NCBI GenBank assembly: GCA_029780675.1 | Contig: JAKOYE010000185.1 | Location: 6,893 to 70,892, forward strand | DNA from: Actinomycetes bacterium | GTDB taxonomy: Bacteria; Actinomycetota; Actinomycetes; Mycobacteriales; Mycobacteriaceae | Direction: 5' to 3' | DNA length: 64,000 nucleotides | Shown here: piece after piece, positions 47,201 through 58,591 of the stretch | Layout: every line of letters starts with the position of its first letter | How positions within the stretch are numbered: the stretch's first letter is position 1 | The notes under the pieces: model-generated | What the model saw: the letters and a program-made list of their open reading frames with translations, nothing else | The model's database searches: none | What the model was told of the DNA's origin: nothing | Position numbers and translations under genes: made by a program

Positions 47201-50200
47201 GTGGGGGTGCGGCCGGTGACGGCGGCACCGGATCAGCCAGCCTCGGTTCAGGTTTGGTCGGTATCGGCGGGGCCGGCGGTCAGGGCGGCACCGGCGGCAC
47301 CGGCGGCTACGGATCCACCGGCAGCGCGGGCGGCGGCGACGGGGTGATCGGCGCCCAGGGCGGTGCGGGTGGCACCGGCGGCACCGGCGGGGTCGGCAGG
47401 GCTCAGGGGGTCGGCGGCAAGGGTGGTGACGGCGGCACCGGCGGCACCGGCGGAACCGGTGGCACCGGAACCGACAACAGCGCGGTGGTGAACGCCGCCG
47501 GTGGTGCCGGTGGGCGTGGCGGTCAGGGCGGCAGTGGTGGTGCGGCCGGGGACGGCGGCGCCGGCTCGAGCAGCCTGGGTTCGGGTTTGGTCGGTATCGG
47601 TGGGGCCGGCGGTCAGGGCGGCACCGGCGGCACCGGCGGCTACGGGTCCACCGGCAGCGCGGGCGGCGGCGACGGGGTGATCGGTGGCCAGGGCGGTGCG
47701 GGTGGCACCGGTGGTACCGGTGGTTTGGGTCGGGCTCAGGGTGTCGGCGGCAAGGGTGGTGACGGCGGCACCGGCGGTGCGGGGGGTGTCGGCGGCACGG
47801 GTACCGACAACACCAATTCGGCGAACACCGTGGGTGGTGCCGGCGGTCGTGGTGGTCAGGGCGGCTTCGGGGGTGCGGCCGGGGACGCCGGCGCGGGCTT
47901 GGGCAGCCTGGGTTCGGGTCTTATCGGTGTCGGTGGTGCCGGTGGTCAGGGTGGCACCGGCGGCACCGGCGGGTTCGGATCCACCGGCAGCGCGGGTGGC
48001 GGCAGTGGGGTGATCGGCGCCCAGGGCGGTGCGGGTGGCACCGGCGGTACGGGTGGTCTGGGTCGGGCTCAGGGTGTCGGCGGTAAGGGTGGTGACGGCG
48101 GCACCGGCGGCACCGGCGGCACCGGTGGCGCGGGCACCGATAACAGTGCTTCGGTCAACACTGTCGGTGGGGTCGGTGGGCGTGGCGGTCAGGGCGGTAC
48201 CGGCGGTGCGGCAGGGGACGCCGGTGTGGGTTCGGGCAGCCTGGGTTCCGGGAATGCCGGTAACGGCGGCGCGGGTGGGCGCGGTGGTGTCGGCGGCACC
48301 GGCGGGACGGGCTCTTCCACGGCTGGAGGGACGTTCACCGGGGCTGGGGTGACTATCCCCAGCAGCGGTACGGGCACGCCGTATCCGTCGGTGATCACGG
48401 TGTCGGGTCTGACCGGCGCGACGCTGAACACCGTCACGATCACCGGGTTCTCCCACGGCTACCCCGAAGATGTGGACATGGCGTTGGTCGCCCCGGATGG
48501 CAGCCAGGTGTTGTTGCTGTCCTACAACGGCGGGAGCACCCCGGTGAGCGGTCTGACGATCGTGTTCGCCGACGGGGCGCCGGCACTGCCGGATCCGCTG
48601 ACTTCGGGTATTTATCGCACGACCACGAACCCCGGTTGGAATGGTCCGGTGCTGACGCCGCCGTTCGGGTCGTTGCTGTCCTCGTTCACCGGGGACGTCA
48701 ACGGGGCCTGGAATCTCTACGTCTTCGACGCCTCCGCCGGTAGTGGCGGGTCGCTGGGGTCGTGGGCGCTGGGATTCGTGGTGCCCGCTGATGGCGCCTC
48801 CGGGGGGATGGGCGCGTTCGGCGGGGCCGGGGGTACCGGCGGTACCGGTGGTGATCCGGGCTCCGGGGGCGGCGGGTTGCAGGGTGTTGGCGGGGCCGGT
48901 GGTGTCGGTGGTGTCGGTGGTGTCGGTGGTGTGGGCAGTGATGGCATCGCCGCGGCCGGCCCGACGGTCAGCGGTGGAAACGGCGGGGATGGCGGTAAGG
49001 GCGGCACCGGTGGTACCGGTGGTGCCGGCGGGATCGGCAGGGGGGGGCAGGCGGCTGCCGGTACCGGTGGTCGGGGTGGGACCGGCGGGGCCCCGGGTGA
49101 TGGTGGTACCGGGGCGGCCGGGACGGCGGGTCATCTTGACGGCAGCACCGGCGGTAACGGAGGCAACGGTGGTGCCGGGGGTGATCCGGGTGCCCCGGGC
49201 GGGCCGGGTGCGGGTAGCGGGGGCTTTGGGGCGGCCTCGACCGCGCCGGGTAACGGCGGGGCCGGTGGGGACGGCTACAGCTGGACTGACACCAACACCG
49301 CCAGCGCCGGTGGTAATGGCGGGGCCGGCGGTGATGCCGGGAACTACGGCACCGGTGGGACCGGCGGGCGCGGTGGGCGTGGGGACTCCGGGCCGGTGGG
49401 GGTCAACCCCGGCCCAGTCGGCGGCCAAGCCGCGCCAGGCGCCCCGGACTACGTGGGTGCGTCACCCGGTTCGATCGGGGATTCGACGGTGGGTATCGAC
49501 AGCGCGTCCGGTGCCGCCGGCGGGGTCGGGTCCATCGGGTCGGTCGGGCAGACCGGTGGTGACGGCGGTGACGGCCAGTGGGCGTTGGGCGGTGTCTCGG
49601 CGGTCGGCGGGATCGGCGGTACCGGCGGGACCGGTGGAACCGGGGCGGCCGGCGGGCAGGGCGGTAGCGGTGGGGTGGCCGCGGTGTACGGCGACGGCGG
49701 GTTGGTCGTCGGCGGTGCCGGCGGTCAGGGCGGTGCAGGTGGCCTGGGTGCGGTCGGGGGTACCGGCGGGACCGGCGGGTACGCGGTCGCCCCGGTCGGG
49801 CCCGGAACCGCCGGGCCGGGCGGTAAGGGCGGCACCGGCGGTGCGGGCGCCAGCGGCGGTTCGGGCGGTTCGGGCGGTAACGGCGGCACCGGCGGCAAGG
49901 GCGGCCTGATCAGCGGTGACGGCGGACTCGGCGGGGCGGCCGGTACCGGCGGCACCGGCGGGACCGGTGCTCAGGGTGGCGTCGGCGGCCAGGGTGGCGA
50001 CGGCGGTGTCGGCTACATCGGGCTCAACGGCGGAGCCGCTGGCGACGGTGGTGACGGCGGCGCTGGTGGCACCGGCGGCGGTGGCGGGGCCGCGGGAACC
50101 CCGGGTGCCGGTGGCGCCCCGGTCGGATCGGGTGTCACCGGGGCCTCCGGAGCGGTCGGGACCACCGGCAGCACCGGGGCCAGCGGGGCCACCGGGGCGA

Positions 50201-51966
50201 CGGGCGCATCCGGGTCTGCCGGGGACAGCAATGTCGCGACCCTGACTGACGATTACGGACTGGCCATCGGCAACGGCAACAACGGTGTCAGCCCCGGAGC
50301 CTCCGGCGCCAGCGGCGGCTGGCTCTACGGCAACGGCGGTAACGGGGTGGCCGGTTCGGCGGACGGCGCACCCGGCGGCCCCGGCGGTGACGCCGGACTC
50401 ATCGGCAACGGCGGCAACGGCGGCAACGGTGCCCCCGGCGACATCAGCGGACTCGGCGGAAACGGCGGCGACGGCGGCGACGGAGGCCTGATCTTCGGCG
50501 AGGGCGGCAACGGCGGAAGCGGCGGCAGCGCCGCACCGGCCGGCGGGCAGGCCACCGGCGGAAACGGTGGCAAGGGCGGTAACGGCGGCGTGCTGCTCGG
50601 CAACGGCGGCAACGGCGGCACCGGTGGTGTAGCCACCTCCACAACCGATCCGGCCACCGGTGGCAATGGCGGCAACGGCGGCACCGGCGCCGGGATCTCC
50701 GACGGCAACGGCGGCTGGACCGGCGGCGGCGGTGCCGGCGGGGCAGGCGGTGACGCGTGGTCCGTCTCCGGAAACCCGGCGACCGGCGGTGGCGGCGGTG
50801 ACGGCGGAAACGCGTGGCAGGCGGATGGCCTACCCGCGACCGGCGGAAACGGCGGCACCGGTGGGCAGGCAATCAACTCCGACGTCTTTGGCCCGGCCAT
50901 CGGCGGAAACGGCGGAAGGGGCGGAAGCGGTCTGACCACCAACGCCAGTGGCGGCACCGGTGGGAACGGCGGCAACGCCAGCGCCGCCTTCGACACCGAC
51001 GCCTATGGTGGTGCCGGCGGGGCTGCCGGAAGCAGCGGCGGGGGCACCGGGGCTGCGGGCGATCCGGGGCAGCCGGGGATGTCGTACCCGATCGAAGTGC
51101 CTCCGGACAGCTCAGTCGTGGGCGCTAGTTCCGTGGCGTTGACCCCCGATGGGCAAACGGTGTACGCCACCAGCTGGGACGATGGCTACGTCGCGGTGAT
51201 CGACGCCGCCACAAACACCATCATCACCACCGTCACCGTCGGCATGCTACCGACCGGGGTGGCGGTGAACCCCATCCTCAACGAGGCCTATGTCGCCAAC
51301 AACGGCACCAACGACGTCACGGTGATCGACACCGGCACCAACGCCGTGGTCGATACGATCGGCGGCGGAACGCGCCCGCAACAGCTCACGGTGAACCAGG
51401 GCGGCACCCGGATCTACGTCACCAATGAAGGCAGCGGCACAGTTTCTGTGGTGAACACCGCTGACCGATCACTCGTCGCGGCGATCACCGTCGGCAGCAC
51501 CCCCTGGGGATTGGCGCTCACCCCGGACGGATCCCGGCTCTACGTCGCCAACCTCGGAGACGACACGGTCTCGGTCATCACGACCGTTGACAACACAGTT
51601 CTCGGCACGATTGCCGTTGGTGACGAACCGCAGGGGGTTGCCGTCAGCCCCGACGGTTCCCGGGTGTACGTGGCCAACAACGCCGATGGCACCGTCTCGG
51701 TGATCGACACCGCGACCAACACCGTCACCAACACCATCCCGATCGCGGCGGGTGCCTTTCCCGCGTTCCTGCAGGTCGACCCCAACGGCGCCTGGCTCTA
51801 CGTGACCAACAACGGATCCAACACCGTGTCGGTCATCAGCACCACAAGCAACATGGTCTTCGCCACCCTCGGCGCTCCGGGCGGCGTGAAGGGCCTCGTG
51901 GCGACCGGCACGATCCTGTGGGTGGCCGGGCAGGGCAGCGGCGTCGTACACCGGTACGCGGTGTGA
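41296..51966 (+). CDS. giant PGRS-like glycine-repeat protein with P-domain and YVTN beta-propeller (possibly a pseudogene or N-terminally mis-delimited)
   Basis: A 10,671-nt frame with no stop. GGxGGxGG / GNGGxGG repeats run throughout, and two non-repetitive globular segments lie in the same frame. The antisense ORFs are only Pro/Arg-rich shadows. Confidence 0.8.
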   Translation: MPGVAAADTTGSAGSSASSASGSGASRSGSSGGGGQRGQGRSPRGGVSGPADGVDSVGEDSSGSSGSDAGKRVSGVSDGGASASARSASGVDGGQRPRPVVSAIGAGGVERVGAAVAQVTPVEVPLVPVDRGLAGQESGVVSGGPAGGAPVAGAVAAAGVPGSGVPSAVAAPAPAGVAAGSGLLSWLGVAASTVGGGPGGPGAAPLVWAAAAVGRRDHRGLSGGVGGAVVGAAAAVGPGGDPGVSAQGAAAAAGGSDSPGSVLLGSAAGASVPGVVVPVASAVGGPSGFALGDVWRFFFGDGTAENPNGGILIGNGYSWTADSCPVGSSCTGGNGGLIGSGGDGFNGGDGGSAGWFGDGGDGGAGVAWVDFGAGGDGGTGGLLVGNGGNGGAGWSAVTDVGTGGAGGRGGNTGLLSLVGDGGAGGAGGAGAPGAQGGAGLGAAEAGGGTGGTGGMGGVGGAGGRGGEGSWVFGAGGAGGSGGAGGVGGAGGSGVDGADGTAGDRDGRAGGHGGDGGAGGVGGVGGAAGGGRLLFLFDTAGVGGAGGTGGAGGTAGRPGDGGAGADSTDPAVAGGNGGRGGNPGKAGVGGTGGAGGAGGGVAGASGGAGAPVAGPAGNGGTGGAGADSTDVGVAGGDGGAGGDGGLIGDGGAGGVGGRGAPGASGAAGLSGGDSGGDGLAGGAGGRGGTGGAGGALAGHGGAGGRGGTGGAGGAGGAGVSGGNGISAGESGVDGGDGGDGGAGGAGGAGGVGGEAKAPGFTGGVAGRGGDGGTGGAAGDAGDGGAGASGNAAVAAGGHGGAGGDRGRAGTGGTGGGGILPGASGVSGAAGTGGNGGTGGAGWNSTVVGASGGAGGNGGAGGSHGDGGAGGAGGAGGSGPDGASGAVAGAGGASGVAGAAGGRGGDGGAGGVLAGRGGSGGVGGAGGGGGAGGAGITGTGGLVGASGQAGGHGGTGGAGGTGGAGGNGGAAQAVGFDSGAAGVGGSGGAGGSGGVAGDGGTGGGGDAAVRDGGTGGTGGNRGAGGAGGSGGAGGAIPGGGNAAAGAAGAQGGIGISGGDGGAGGDGYSWTATGTGSAGGRGGDGGAAGTYGDGGAGGRGGAGDSGADGAIGGLVAADTVGASGASGIAGGTGGAGGNGGAGGTIAGTSGAGGAGGTGGTGGAGGTGGTGGDASGNGAAGARGGAGGTGGAGGAGGTGGTGSSVGASGVAGDGGAGGRGGTGGRGGFGATGAPGGGQGVIGALGGTGGAGGVGGAAGGAGAVQGVGGVGGDGGTGGTGGTGGTGTDNSGLLNTAGGAGGRGGQGGAGGAAGDGGAGSATGGAGSQGDGGAGGQGGTGGTGGFGSTGSAGGGDGVIGAQGGAGGTGGTGGSGRVQGVGGKGGDGGTGGTGGTGGTGTDNSNSLNVQGGAGGRGGQGGSGGAAGDGGAGAGSLGSGLVGIGGTGGQGGTGGTGGFGSTGSAGGGDGVIGAQGGAGGTGGTGGVGRVQGVGGKGGDGGTGGTGGTGGTGTDNSNTANTVGGAGGRGGQGGSGGAAGDAGAGAGGLGSGLVGVGGAGGQGGTGGTGGFGSTGSAGGGDGVIGGQGGAGGTGGTGGSGRSQGVGGKGGDGGTGGAGGVGGTGADNSNTANTIGGAGGRGGQGGSGGAAGDGGAGSGNLGSGLVGIGGAGGQGGTGGTGGFGSTGSAGGGDGSLGAQGGAGGTGGTGGSGRVQGVGGQGGDGGTGGAGGVGGTGTDNSGLLNTAGGAGGRGGQGGAGGAAGDGGAGSATGGAGSQGDGGTGGQGGTGGTGGFGSTGSAGGGDGVIGGQGGAGGTGGTGGSGRSQGVGGKGGDGGTGGTGGTGGTGTDNSNALNAQGGAGGRGGQGGSGGAAGDGGTGFGSLGSGLVGVGGAGGQGGTGGTGGFGSTGSAGGGDGVIGGQGGAGGTGGTGGSGRSQGVGGKGGDGGTGGTGGVGGTGTDNSNTANTVGGAGGRGGQGGSGGAAGDGGTGSASLGSGLVGIGGAGGQGGTGGTGGYGSTGSAGGGDGVIGAQGGAGGTGGTGGVGRAQGVGGKGGDGGTGGTGGTGGTGTDNSAVVNAAGGAGGRGGQGGSGGAAGDGGAGSSSLGSGLVGIGGAGGQGGTGGTGGYGSTGSAGGGDGVIGGQGGAGGTGGTGGLGRAQGVGGKGGDGGTGGAGGVGGTGTDNTNSANTVGGAGGRGGQGGFGGAAGDAGAGLGSLGSGLIGVGGAGGQGGTGGTGGFGSTGSAGGGSGVIGAQGGAGGTGGTGGLGRAQGVGGKGGDGGTGGTGGTGGAGTDNSASVNTVGGVGGRGGQGGTGGAAGDAGVGSGSLGSGNAGNGGAGGRGGVGGTGGTGSSTAGGTFTGAGVTIPSSGTGTPYPSVITVSGLTGATLNTVTITGFSHGYPEDVDMALVAPDGSQVLLLSYNGGSTPVSGLTIVFADGAPALPDPLTSGIYRTTTNPGWNGPVLTPPFGSLLSSFTGDVNGAWNLYVFDASAGSGGSLGSWALGFVVPADGASGGMGAFGGAGGTGGTGGDPGSGGGGLQGVGGAGGVGGVGGVGGVGSDGIAAAGPTVSGGNGGDGGKGGTGGTGGAGGIGRGGQAAAGTGGRGGTGGAPGDGGTGAAGTAGHLDGSTGGNGGNGGAGGDPGAPGGPGAGSGGFGAASTAPGNGGAGGDGYSWTDTNTASAGGNGGAGGDAGNYGTGGTGGRGGRGDSGPVGVNPGPVGGQAAPGAPDYVGASPGSIGDSTVGIDSASGAAGGVGSIGSVGQTGGDGGDGQWALGGVSAVGGIGGTGGTGGTGAAGGQGGSGGVAAVYGDGGLVVGGAGGQGGAGGLGAVGGTGGTGGYAVAPVGPGTAGPGGKGGTGGAGASGGSGGSGGNGGTGGKGGLISGDGGLGGAAGTGGTGGTGAQGGVGGQGGDGGVGYIGLNGGAAGDGGDGGAGGTGGGGGAAGTPGAGGAPVGSGVTGASGAVGTTGSTGASGATGATGASGSAGDSNVATLTDDYGLAIGNGNNGVSPGASGASGGWLYGNGGNGVAGSADGAPGGPGGDAGLIGNGGNGGNGAPGDISGLGGNGGDGGDGGLIFGEGGNGGSGGSAAPAGGQATGGNGGKGGNGGVLLGNGGNGGTGGVATSTTDPATGGNGGNGGTGAGISDGNGGWTGGGGAGGAGGDAWSVSGNPATGGGGGDGGNAWQADGLPATGGNGGTGGQAINSDVFGPAIGGNGGRGGSGLTTNASGGTGGNGGNASAAFDTDAYGGAGGAAGSSGGGTGAAGDPGQPGMSYPIEVPPDSSVVGASSVALTPDGQTVYATSWDDGYVAVIDAATNTIITTVTVGMLPTGVAVNPILNEAYVANNGTNDVTVIDTGTNAVVDTIGGGTRPQQLTVNQGGTRIYVTNEGSGTVSVVNTADRSLVAAITVGSTPWGLALTPDGSRLYVANLGDDTVSVITTVDNTVLGTIAVGDEPQGVAVSPDGSRVYVANNADGTVSVIDTATNTVTNTIPIAAGAFPAFLQVDPNGAWLYVTNNGSNTVSVISTTSNMVFATLGAPGGVKGLVATGTILWVAGQGSGVVHRYAV
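44965..48294 (+). repeat. 10 x 333-nt in-frame tandem repeat inside the giant ORF
   Basis: The GA(C/T)AACA(G/C)N (T-D-N-S/T) landmark occurs at 45142, 45475, 45808, 46141, 46474, 46807, 47140, 47473, 47806 and 48139, exactly 333 nt apart each time. Confidence 0.95.
48331..48786 (+). other. proprotein-convertase-type P-domain embedded in the giant ORF
   Basis: [28 protein letters not shown] ... [31 protein letters not shown] matches the H-x-x-x-x-D-L ... G-x-W-x-L-x-V-x-D ... G-x-L-x-x-W-x-L pattern of the P_proprotein family. Confidence 0.65.
51079..51963 (+). other. C-terminal YVTN-family beta-propeller (about 7 blades) of the giant ORF
   Basis: Reiterated units of about 40 aa, P.G[VL]A[VL][ST]PDG..[VL]YV[AT]N......V[ST]VI[DT]T..N.V...I.VG (e.g. 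[33 protein letters not shown]). Confidence 0.8.
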
Positions 51967-51988
51967 CGCGCGAGTGGCGACGGAGAAC

Positions 51989-52018
51989 GCGCCGGGGTGG
52001 CTACCACCGCCCTGGCGC
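51989..52018. terminator. GC-rich hairpin between convergent genes
   Basis: gcgccggggtgg-ctacca-ccgccctggcgc forms a 12-bp stem (2 G-U pairs) with a 6-nt loop. It lies 23 nt after the giant ORF stop. No U-tract is present. Confidence 0.4.
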
Positions 52019-52028
52019 CGTCACCGCC

Positions 52029-52451
52029 TCAGGTGACCTGCCCGAACTGCATGCCCTCGAGGTTCCAGTAGCCCCGTAGGTTGGCGATCTTGCCGTCGTC
52101 GTTGACGCGGTAGCAGAACACCCCGCGGACGGTACTGGTGAAGCCGCCTTCGAAACGGCTGCGCAGCACCAGGATGTGCGCCACCTCGTTGGGGGAACTG
52201 GACGGGAAGGTCTCTTCGCAGGTGACGGTGAGGTCGTTGGCAGCGATGTTGGTGTCATAGAAGGCAGCCAGAGCTTCCTTACCGCGCACACCGTGGCCGT
52301 CCGGGTTGGTCACCGACGGCCCGATCGGGTCCTCGACGACGACGTCGTCGGCCATCAGGGCCAGCCAGCCCTCACGGTCGTGGGACTGGACGCACCGCCA
52401 GGACGCCAGGGAGGCGGCCATGGCGGGCGTCAGGCCTGCGGCGTCTGCCAT
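52029..52451 (-). CDS. NTF2/SnoaL-fold ketosteroid-isomerase-like protein (Rv0760c-like)
   Basis: 140 aa. Contains the REGWLALMADDVVVEDP motif region typical of SnoaL/KSI-like proteins. Confidence 0.75.
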   Translation of the reverse strand: MADAAGLTPAMAASLASWRCVQSHDREGWLALMADDVVVEDPIGPSVTNPDGHGVRGKEALAAFYDTNIAANDLTVTCEETFPSSSPNEVAHILVLRSRFEGGFTSTVRGVFCYRVNDDGKIANLRGYWNLEGMQFGQVT

Positions 52452-52458
52452 ACCGGGC

Positions 52459-53586
52459 TTACCGGTCTTCGTCGGTGTAGCGGATGACGCCGCGGATGTT
52501 GCGTCCCTCGAGCATGTCCCGGTAGCCGTCGTTGATCTGCTCGAGGCGGTACTGGCGGGTGACCATATCGTCGAGGTTCAGCCTGCCGGCCTTGTACATC
52601 GACAGAAGTTGCGGGATGTCGTAGTAGGGGTTGCCGCCACCGAAGATGGTGCCCTGCAGGTTCTTCTGCATCAGGGTCAGCATCGCCAGGTTCAGCGTGA
52701 CGTTGGTGTCGACCATGCTGCCGATGGCGGTCAGCACGCAGGTGCCCGACTTGGCGGTGATCATCATGTAGTTCTCCACGTCGGAGCCCTGCAACTCACC
52801 GACGGTGACGATCACCTTCTTGCACATGAAGCCGCCGGTCGCCTCGGCGATGCCCATCAGGGCGGCGTTGATGTCCTCGTAGACGTGGGTGGCGCCGAAC
52901 TTCAGCGCCTGGTCGCGCTTCCATTCCACCGGGTCGATGACGAAGATCTTGCGGGCACCGGAATTGACCGCGCCCTGCAGGGCGGCCATGCCGACCCCGC
53001 CGACGCCGACGACGGCGACATCCTCGCCCGGCTTGATCTGGGCGGTGTGGGTGGCCGAACCCCATCCGGTGGTGACCCCGCAGCCCACCAGGCAGGCCAC
53101 CTCGAACGGGATGGACGGGTCGATCTTCACCACCGAGGACTCGTGGACGACCATGTACGGGGAGAAGGTGCCCAACAGCGTCATCGGGAACACCGGTTGC
53201 CCCTTGGCGGTGATCCGGTGGGTGCCGTCGGCGATCGCCACGCCACCGAGCAGACCGGCACCCAGGTCGCAGAGGTTGCGCAGGCCGGCCTGACAGGACG
53301 GACACTTGCCGCAGGACGGGATGAAGGACATCACCACGTGATCGCCCGGGGCGACGCTGGTGACGCCCGCGCCGACCTCGGTGACGATCCCGGCCCCTTC
53401 ATGGCCGCCCAGCACCGGGAAGCCCAGCATCGGGATGCCGCCAGTCACCAGGTGGTGGTCGGAGTGGCACATGCCGGAGGCTTCCATCTGCACCTTGACC
53501 TCGCCCGGCTGGGGATCGCCGATCTCAATCTCCTCGATCGACCAGGGCTGGTTGAACTCCCAGATGAGCGCGCCTTTTGTCTTCAT
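52459..53586 (-). CDS. adhB: zinc-dependent alcohol dehydrogenase
   Basis: Carries GHEGAGIV, the structural-zinc cysteines CGKCPSC, and the GVGGVG NAD motif. Confidence 0.9.
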   Translation of the reverse strand: MKTKGALIWEFNQPWSIEEIEIGDPQPGEVKVQMEASGMCHSDHHLVTGGIPMLGFPVLGGHEGAGIVTEVGAGVTSVAPGDHVVMSFIPSCGKCPSCQAGLRNLCDLGAGLLGGVAIADGTHRITAKGQPVFPMTLLGTFSPYMVVHESSVVKIDPSIPFEVACLVGCGVTTGWGSATHTAQIKPGEDVAVVGVGGVGMAALQGAVNSGARKIFVIDPVEWKRDQALKFGATHVYEDINAALMGIAEATGGFMCKKVIVTVGELQGSDVENYMMITAKSGTCVLTAIGSMVDTNVTLNLAMLTLMQKNLQGTIFGGGNPYYDIPQLLSMYKAGRLNLDDMVTRQYRLEQINDGYRDMLEGRNIRGVIRYTDEDR

Positions 53587-53659
53587 ACAAACCTCCGCCT
53601 GGTCGAGTGATCGAGAACACGATCGGTAAGGGCCATCCTATGACTTGACGGGTGTCGAG

Positions 53660-54223
53660 TCACCAGATGGGCACCGGTGCCTGTCCGATCGGGTAGTACC
53701 CGGGCAACTTCTCGCCGGCGAGGCTGCGTTCGATGCGTGCCTGCATGCCCGCCGACAGCTTGCCGTCCTTCATCAACTCCAGGTACAGCTTCTGCACGTG
53801 GCCGAAGTCGAAGAAGTCGCGCTGCCACTCGATGAGCGCCGTCCCGTTCCGGCCGGTCAGCCGGAACCAACTCCCGCCGATGCCGTAGATCTCATAGGAC
53901 TTCCCGGCTGGATCGTCGGGGTCGGCCGCCACCTGCTTCCAGAACCCGACGATCTCGCCGATCTTCTCGTCGATGAGCACCCGCTGGTAGGGGTAGGTCC
54001 AGCCCTGTAGGCCCGCCATCTCCAAACCGAGTGCGATGTCGCGGATTTCGTCTTTGCCGACGCACATCACGTCCTCTTTGGGACCGATGTTCCAGCCGTA
54101 GGTGGCGTCGTCGGTGTAGAAGTTGGCGAGCCCGGACCAGTCCCCGGCGCGTTCGGCGGTCCGGTTGGCGTCGAGCCATCGCTGGACGAAGTCCTCGAGT
54201 TGTTCGCGGGGTAACGCCGCCAT
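53660..54223 (-). CDS. NTF2-like hypothetical protein (Rv0762c-like)
   Basis: 187 aa. Its start is adjacent to the ferredoxin stop. Confidence 0.6.
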   Translation of the reverse strand: MAALPREQLEDFVQRWLDANRTAERAGDWSGLANFYTDDATYGWNIGPKEDVMCVGKDEIRDIALGLEMAGLQGWTYPYQRVLIDEKIGEIVGFWKQVAADPDDPAGKSYEIYGIGGSWFRLTGRNGTALIEWQRDFFDFGHVQKLYLELMKDGKLSAGMQARIERSLAGEKLPGYYPIGQAPVPIW

Positions 54224-55787
<1,564 letters not shown>

Positions 55788-55791
<4 letters not shown>

Positions 55792-56609
55792 GGTGAGCCC
55801 TCCGGGTATGTGAGTTGCTGACGTTCCCGCGGCGCGCTGGACAGCGGCGCCTCCGGTTGCAGTTCGATCGAGGTGACGAACCCGCCGCGGGGGGTTTCGG
55901 CGACGAAGGCGATCGCTCGGGCCAGATCGGCGGCGCGTAGGAAATACGAGTGCCGGGCCTGCCCCCACTTCGCCCAGTCCTCGAGGGCGGCGGCGATGGC
56001 ATCGGGTGGCAGGGTCCAGCCCATCTCGGTCTGCGTGGGGCCGGGATGGACGACGGACGCCCGCACTCCGGTGCCCTCGAGTTCCATCTGCAGGTTGGTG
56101 ACCATGGCGACCAGGCCGGCCTTGGCCGCGCCGTAGGCGCCCATGTGTGGGCGCTGGCGCAGGGCGACATCCGAACCGATGAAGATGACGTCGCCGCGTT
56201 GCCGGCGCACCATGCCGGGCAGCACGGCGGTCGCCAGGCGGTTGGCGCCGATGAGGTGGGTCTGGATCTGCGCCTCGAACTCCCGGGTGCTGGTCTCGTA
56301 CACCCGGCCGAAGTGGGTGTCGCCGGCGCCGGCCACCAGGACCTCGATGTCTCCGAGTTCGTCGGTCGCCCGCCGGACGAACTCCTCGACCGAGTCGGCG
56401 TCGGTGACGTCGAGGGGCAGTGCCACCGCCTCGCCGCCGCCGGCGCGGATCGCGGCGGCGATCTCGGCGCACCTGTCGACGCGGCGGGCGCCGAGGGCCA
56501 CCGGGAAACCGCGGGCGGCGAGTTCGGTGGCGGTGGCCGCGCCGATTCCCGAGGAGGCGCCGGCTACGAGGGTGGGCCGGCGGGCCGGGTGGGGGTCGAA
56601 TCGGGGCAT
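55788..56609 (-). CDS. short-chain dehydrogenase/reductase (Rv0765c-like)
   Basis: Carries VAGASSGIGAA and the YGAAK catalytic motif. Confidence 0.88.
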
Positions 56610-56616
56610 CAGGGCA

Positions 56617-57834
56617 TCAGGCTTTCGTCACGGTGATCGGCAACCGGGCGAAACCACGCACGTTGCTGGAATGCACCCGCACGGCGTTGGCTTCGTCGAC
56701 CTCGAAATCGCTGACTCGACAGAGCAGTTCGGCCAGCGCTACCCGGGCTTCCATCCTGGCCAGGTGGGCGCCCAGACAGAAGTGCGCTCCGCTGCCGAAA
56801 CTCAGCAGCGTCGAACCGATGTCGCGGCCGATGCGGAATTCGTCAGGGTCGTCGAAGACTCGCTCGTCGCGATGCGCCGAGCCCGGCAGCAGCAACAGGG
56901 TGTCCCCGGAGCGCAGCGTCGTGCCGTGGCATTCGATGTCCACGGCGACCTCCCGGGCCAGGATCTGGCTCGAGGTGTCATAGCGCAGGGTCTCCTCGAC
57001 CCACAGCGGTATCCGCGACCGGTCGGCGACGACGCCGGCGAGCTGATCGGGGTGACGGGCACCCCAAAAGACCGCGTTTCCCAGCAGTTTCGTCGTCGTC
57101 TCGTTCCCCGCGACGACCATGAGGAACAGGAAGGCCATGATCTCCTCGTCGGCGAGGCGGTCGCCGTCGATCTCCGCGGTCAGTAGCGCGGAGGTCAGAT
57201 CGTCACCGGGGTTCCGCCGTCGCTGCCGGACCATCTCGGCGTAGTAGGTCAGCAGGTCCATCGCCGCGACGAGCGCGGCCCGCGGGACGTCGGTGATCCC
57301 GTCCTCGCGGTGCATCACCGTATCGGCGAGCACCCGCAGTTGCCCGCGGTCCGCGGGTGGCACTCCGACGAGATCGGAGATGACGTCCATCGGCAGCTTG
57401 CCGGCGAAATCAGTGATGTAGTCGAAGGATTCGCTCTGCATCGCGGTGTCGAGGTGGGCCCGGGTGAGCTCCCGGACCCGGGGTTCCAGCTCGCGGATCC
57501 GCCGTGGGGTGAACCCCTTGGAGACCAGCGTCCGCAGCCGCAGGTGTCCGGGGTCGTCCATCGCCAGGAAGGACATCGTCCGGTAGGCCTCCGGTGTCCG
57601 GGAGATCGGGTCCAGGGACACCCCGAGCCGGTTGGACAGCTCAGTGCTGTTCCGGAAACCCCAGTGGACGTCGGCGTGTCGGCTCAGCGCCCAGAAGTTC
57701 AGGTCGTCGTTGCGGTAGAGCGGACACTCGGCGCGCAGTCGCCGGTAGTACGGGTAGGGGTCCTCGTGGAAGTCGTAGTCATACGGGTCGAGAACCGGGT
57801 CTGCGACGGGATCCATGAGGCTGCCGGCCATCAT
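56617..57834 (-). CDS. cyp123: cytochrome P450
   Basis: Haem loop FGSGAHFCLGAHLARME and ExxR (EETLRY). Its position next to cyp51 matches M. tuberculosis. Confidence 0.85.
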   Translation of the reverse strand: MMAGSLMDPVADPVLDPYDYDFHEDPYPYYRRLRAECPLYRNDDLNFWALSRHADVHWGFRNSTELSNRLGVSLDPISRTPEAYRTMSFLAMDDPGHLRLRTLVSKGFTPRRIRELEPRVRELTRAHLDTAMQSESFDYITDFAGKLPMDVISDLVGVPPADRGQLRVLADTVMHREDGITDVPRAALVAAMDLLTYYAEMVRQRRRNPGDDLTSALLTAEIDGDRLADEEIMAFLFLMVVAGNETTTKLLGNAVFWGARHPDQLAGVVADRSRIPLWVEETLRYDTSSQILAREVAVDIECHGTTLRSGDTLLLLPGSAHRDERVFDDPDEFRIGRDIGSTLLSFGSGAHFCLGAHLARMEARVALAELLCRVSDFEVDEANAVRVHSSNVRGFARLPITVTKA

Positions 57835-58427
57835 CCGTTCCCCGTCGCGAGGATCAGGCCGGCCACGTATCCCAGTCGGTCGGCGATCTGGTGGTAGCTG
57901 AACGCCCCGCTGCCGGCCTGCACGAGTGCCCCGAAGTAGCTCATCTCCAGCGCGGCCACCGTTCCGGCGTCGGCGTCGGGACCGAGGGCGGACTTGATCC
58001 GCTTGTGGATCTCCGCGCCAATCCGGGTCCGGACGGGAGCCACCGCGGTGTCATTGCTCAGCAGCGCGGTGGTGCACGCGGCGGCGACCTCGGGTTCGTC
58101 GGCCACCACCAGGGCGAGGCTGCGCAGTGTCTGCTGGACGCGGGTCAGTCGACTGTCGTTGACGTCGGTGAAGTAGTCCACGCGTCGGACCAGATCCAGG
58201 TAGACCTCGGCGACCAGATGGTTCTTCGAGGAAAAGTAGGTGTAGGCCGTCGCCGGCGCGACGTTGGCCCGCGCGGCCACGCCCCGGACCGTCAGGTCGG
58301 CATAGGAGGAACCCCGCAGGGTCTCCAGCGCGGCGTTCACCAGCTTGCGCACCGTCTCTTCCTGCCGTGGTCGCCGGGGCGCGTCGGGTGACGTCGACCC
58401 AGGAGGTACCACGACATTGCTGGACAC
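57831..58427 (-). CDS. TetR-family transcriptional regulator (Rv0767c-like)
   Basis: HTH LTVRGVAARANVAPATAYTYFSSKNHL. GTG 58427 is preferred; the track ORF start at 58487 is possible. Confidence 0.8.
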   Translation of the reverse strand: MSSNVVVPPGSTSPDAPRRPRQEETVRKLVNAALETLRGSSYADLTVRGVAARANVAPATAYTYFSSKNHLVAEVYLDLVRRVDYFTDVNDSRLTRVQQTLRSLALVVADEPEVAAACTTALLSNDTAVAPVRTRIGAEIHKRIKSALGPDADAGTVAALEMSYFGALVQAGSGAFSYHQIADRLGYVAGLILATGNG

Positions 58428-58458
58428 ATGTCCACGGTAGTGCGGGATTCTCGGCCGA

Positions 58459-58481
58459 GGCAAGGACTTGCCAAAATGGCA
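58459..58481. promoter_or_regulatory. overlapping palindromes, candidate TetR operator
   Basis: GGCAAG-GA-CTTGCC (58459-58472) overlaps TGCCA-AAA-TGGCA (58469-58481). Both lie in the TetR / aldA divergent region. Confidence 0.35.
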
Positions 58482-58591
58482 TGTCATGACCCATGCGCTG
58501 AGACCGGGACCTTGCCCGGTCGGACGGGCGCGGATAGGGTTCGACCCAGGACTACCGGACAGATGTCCAGCGCCTCGGCAAGGAGTGGGAG

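Noticed and set aside
44965-48294. Highly regular repeat spacing that could be mistaken for a CRISPR-like array.
   Set aside because: The units are 333 nt and contiguous, with no unique spacers. They lie entirely in frame inside a protein-coding ORF, and no cas genes are present in the window.
41347-51951. Many long ORFs antisense to or out of frame with the giant gene (e.g. 44096..46822 -, 908 aa; 47248..49428 -, 726 aa; 42541..43881 -).
   Set aside because: Their translations are monotonous Pro/Arg/His/Thr-rich strings, as expected from reading GGN-rich DNA in other frames. Only the +1 frame of 41296..51966 contains recognisable globular domains.
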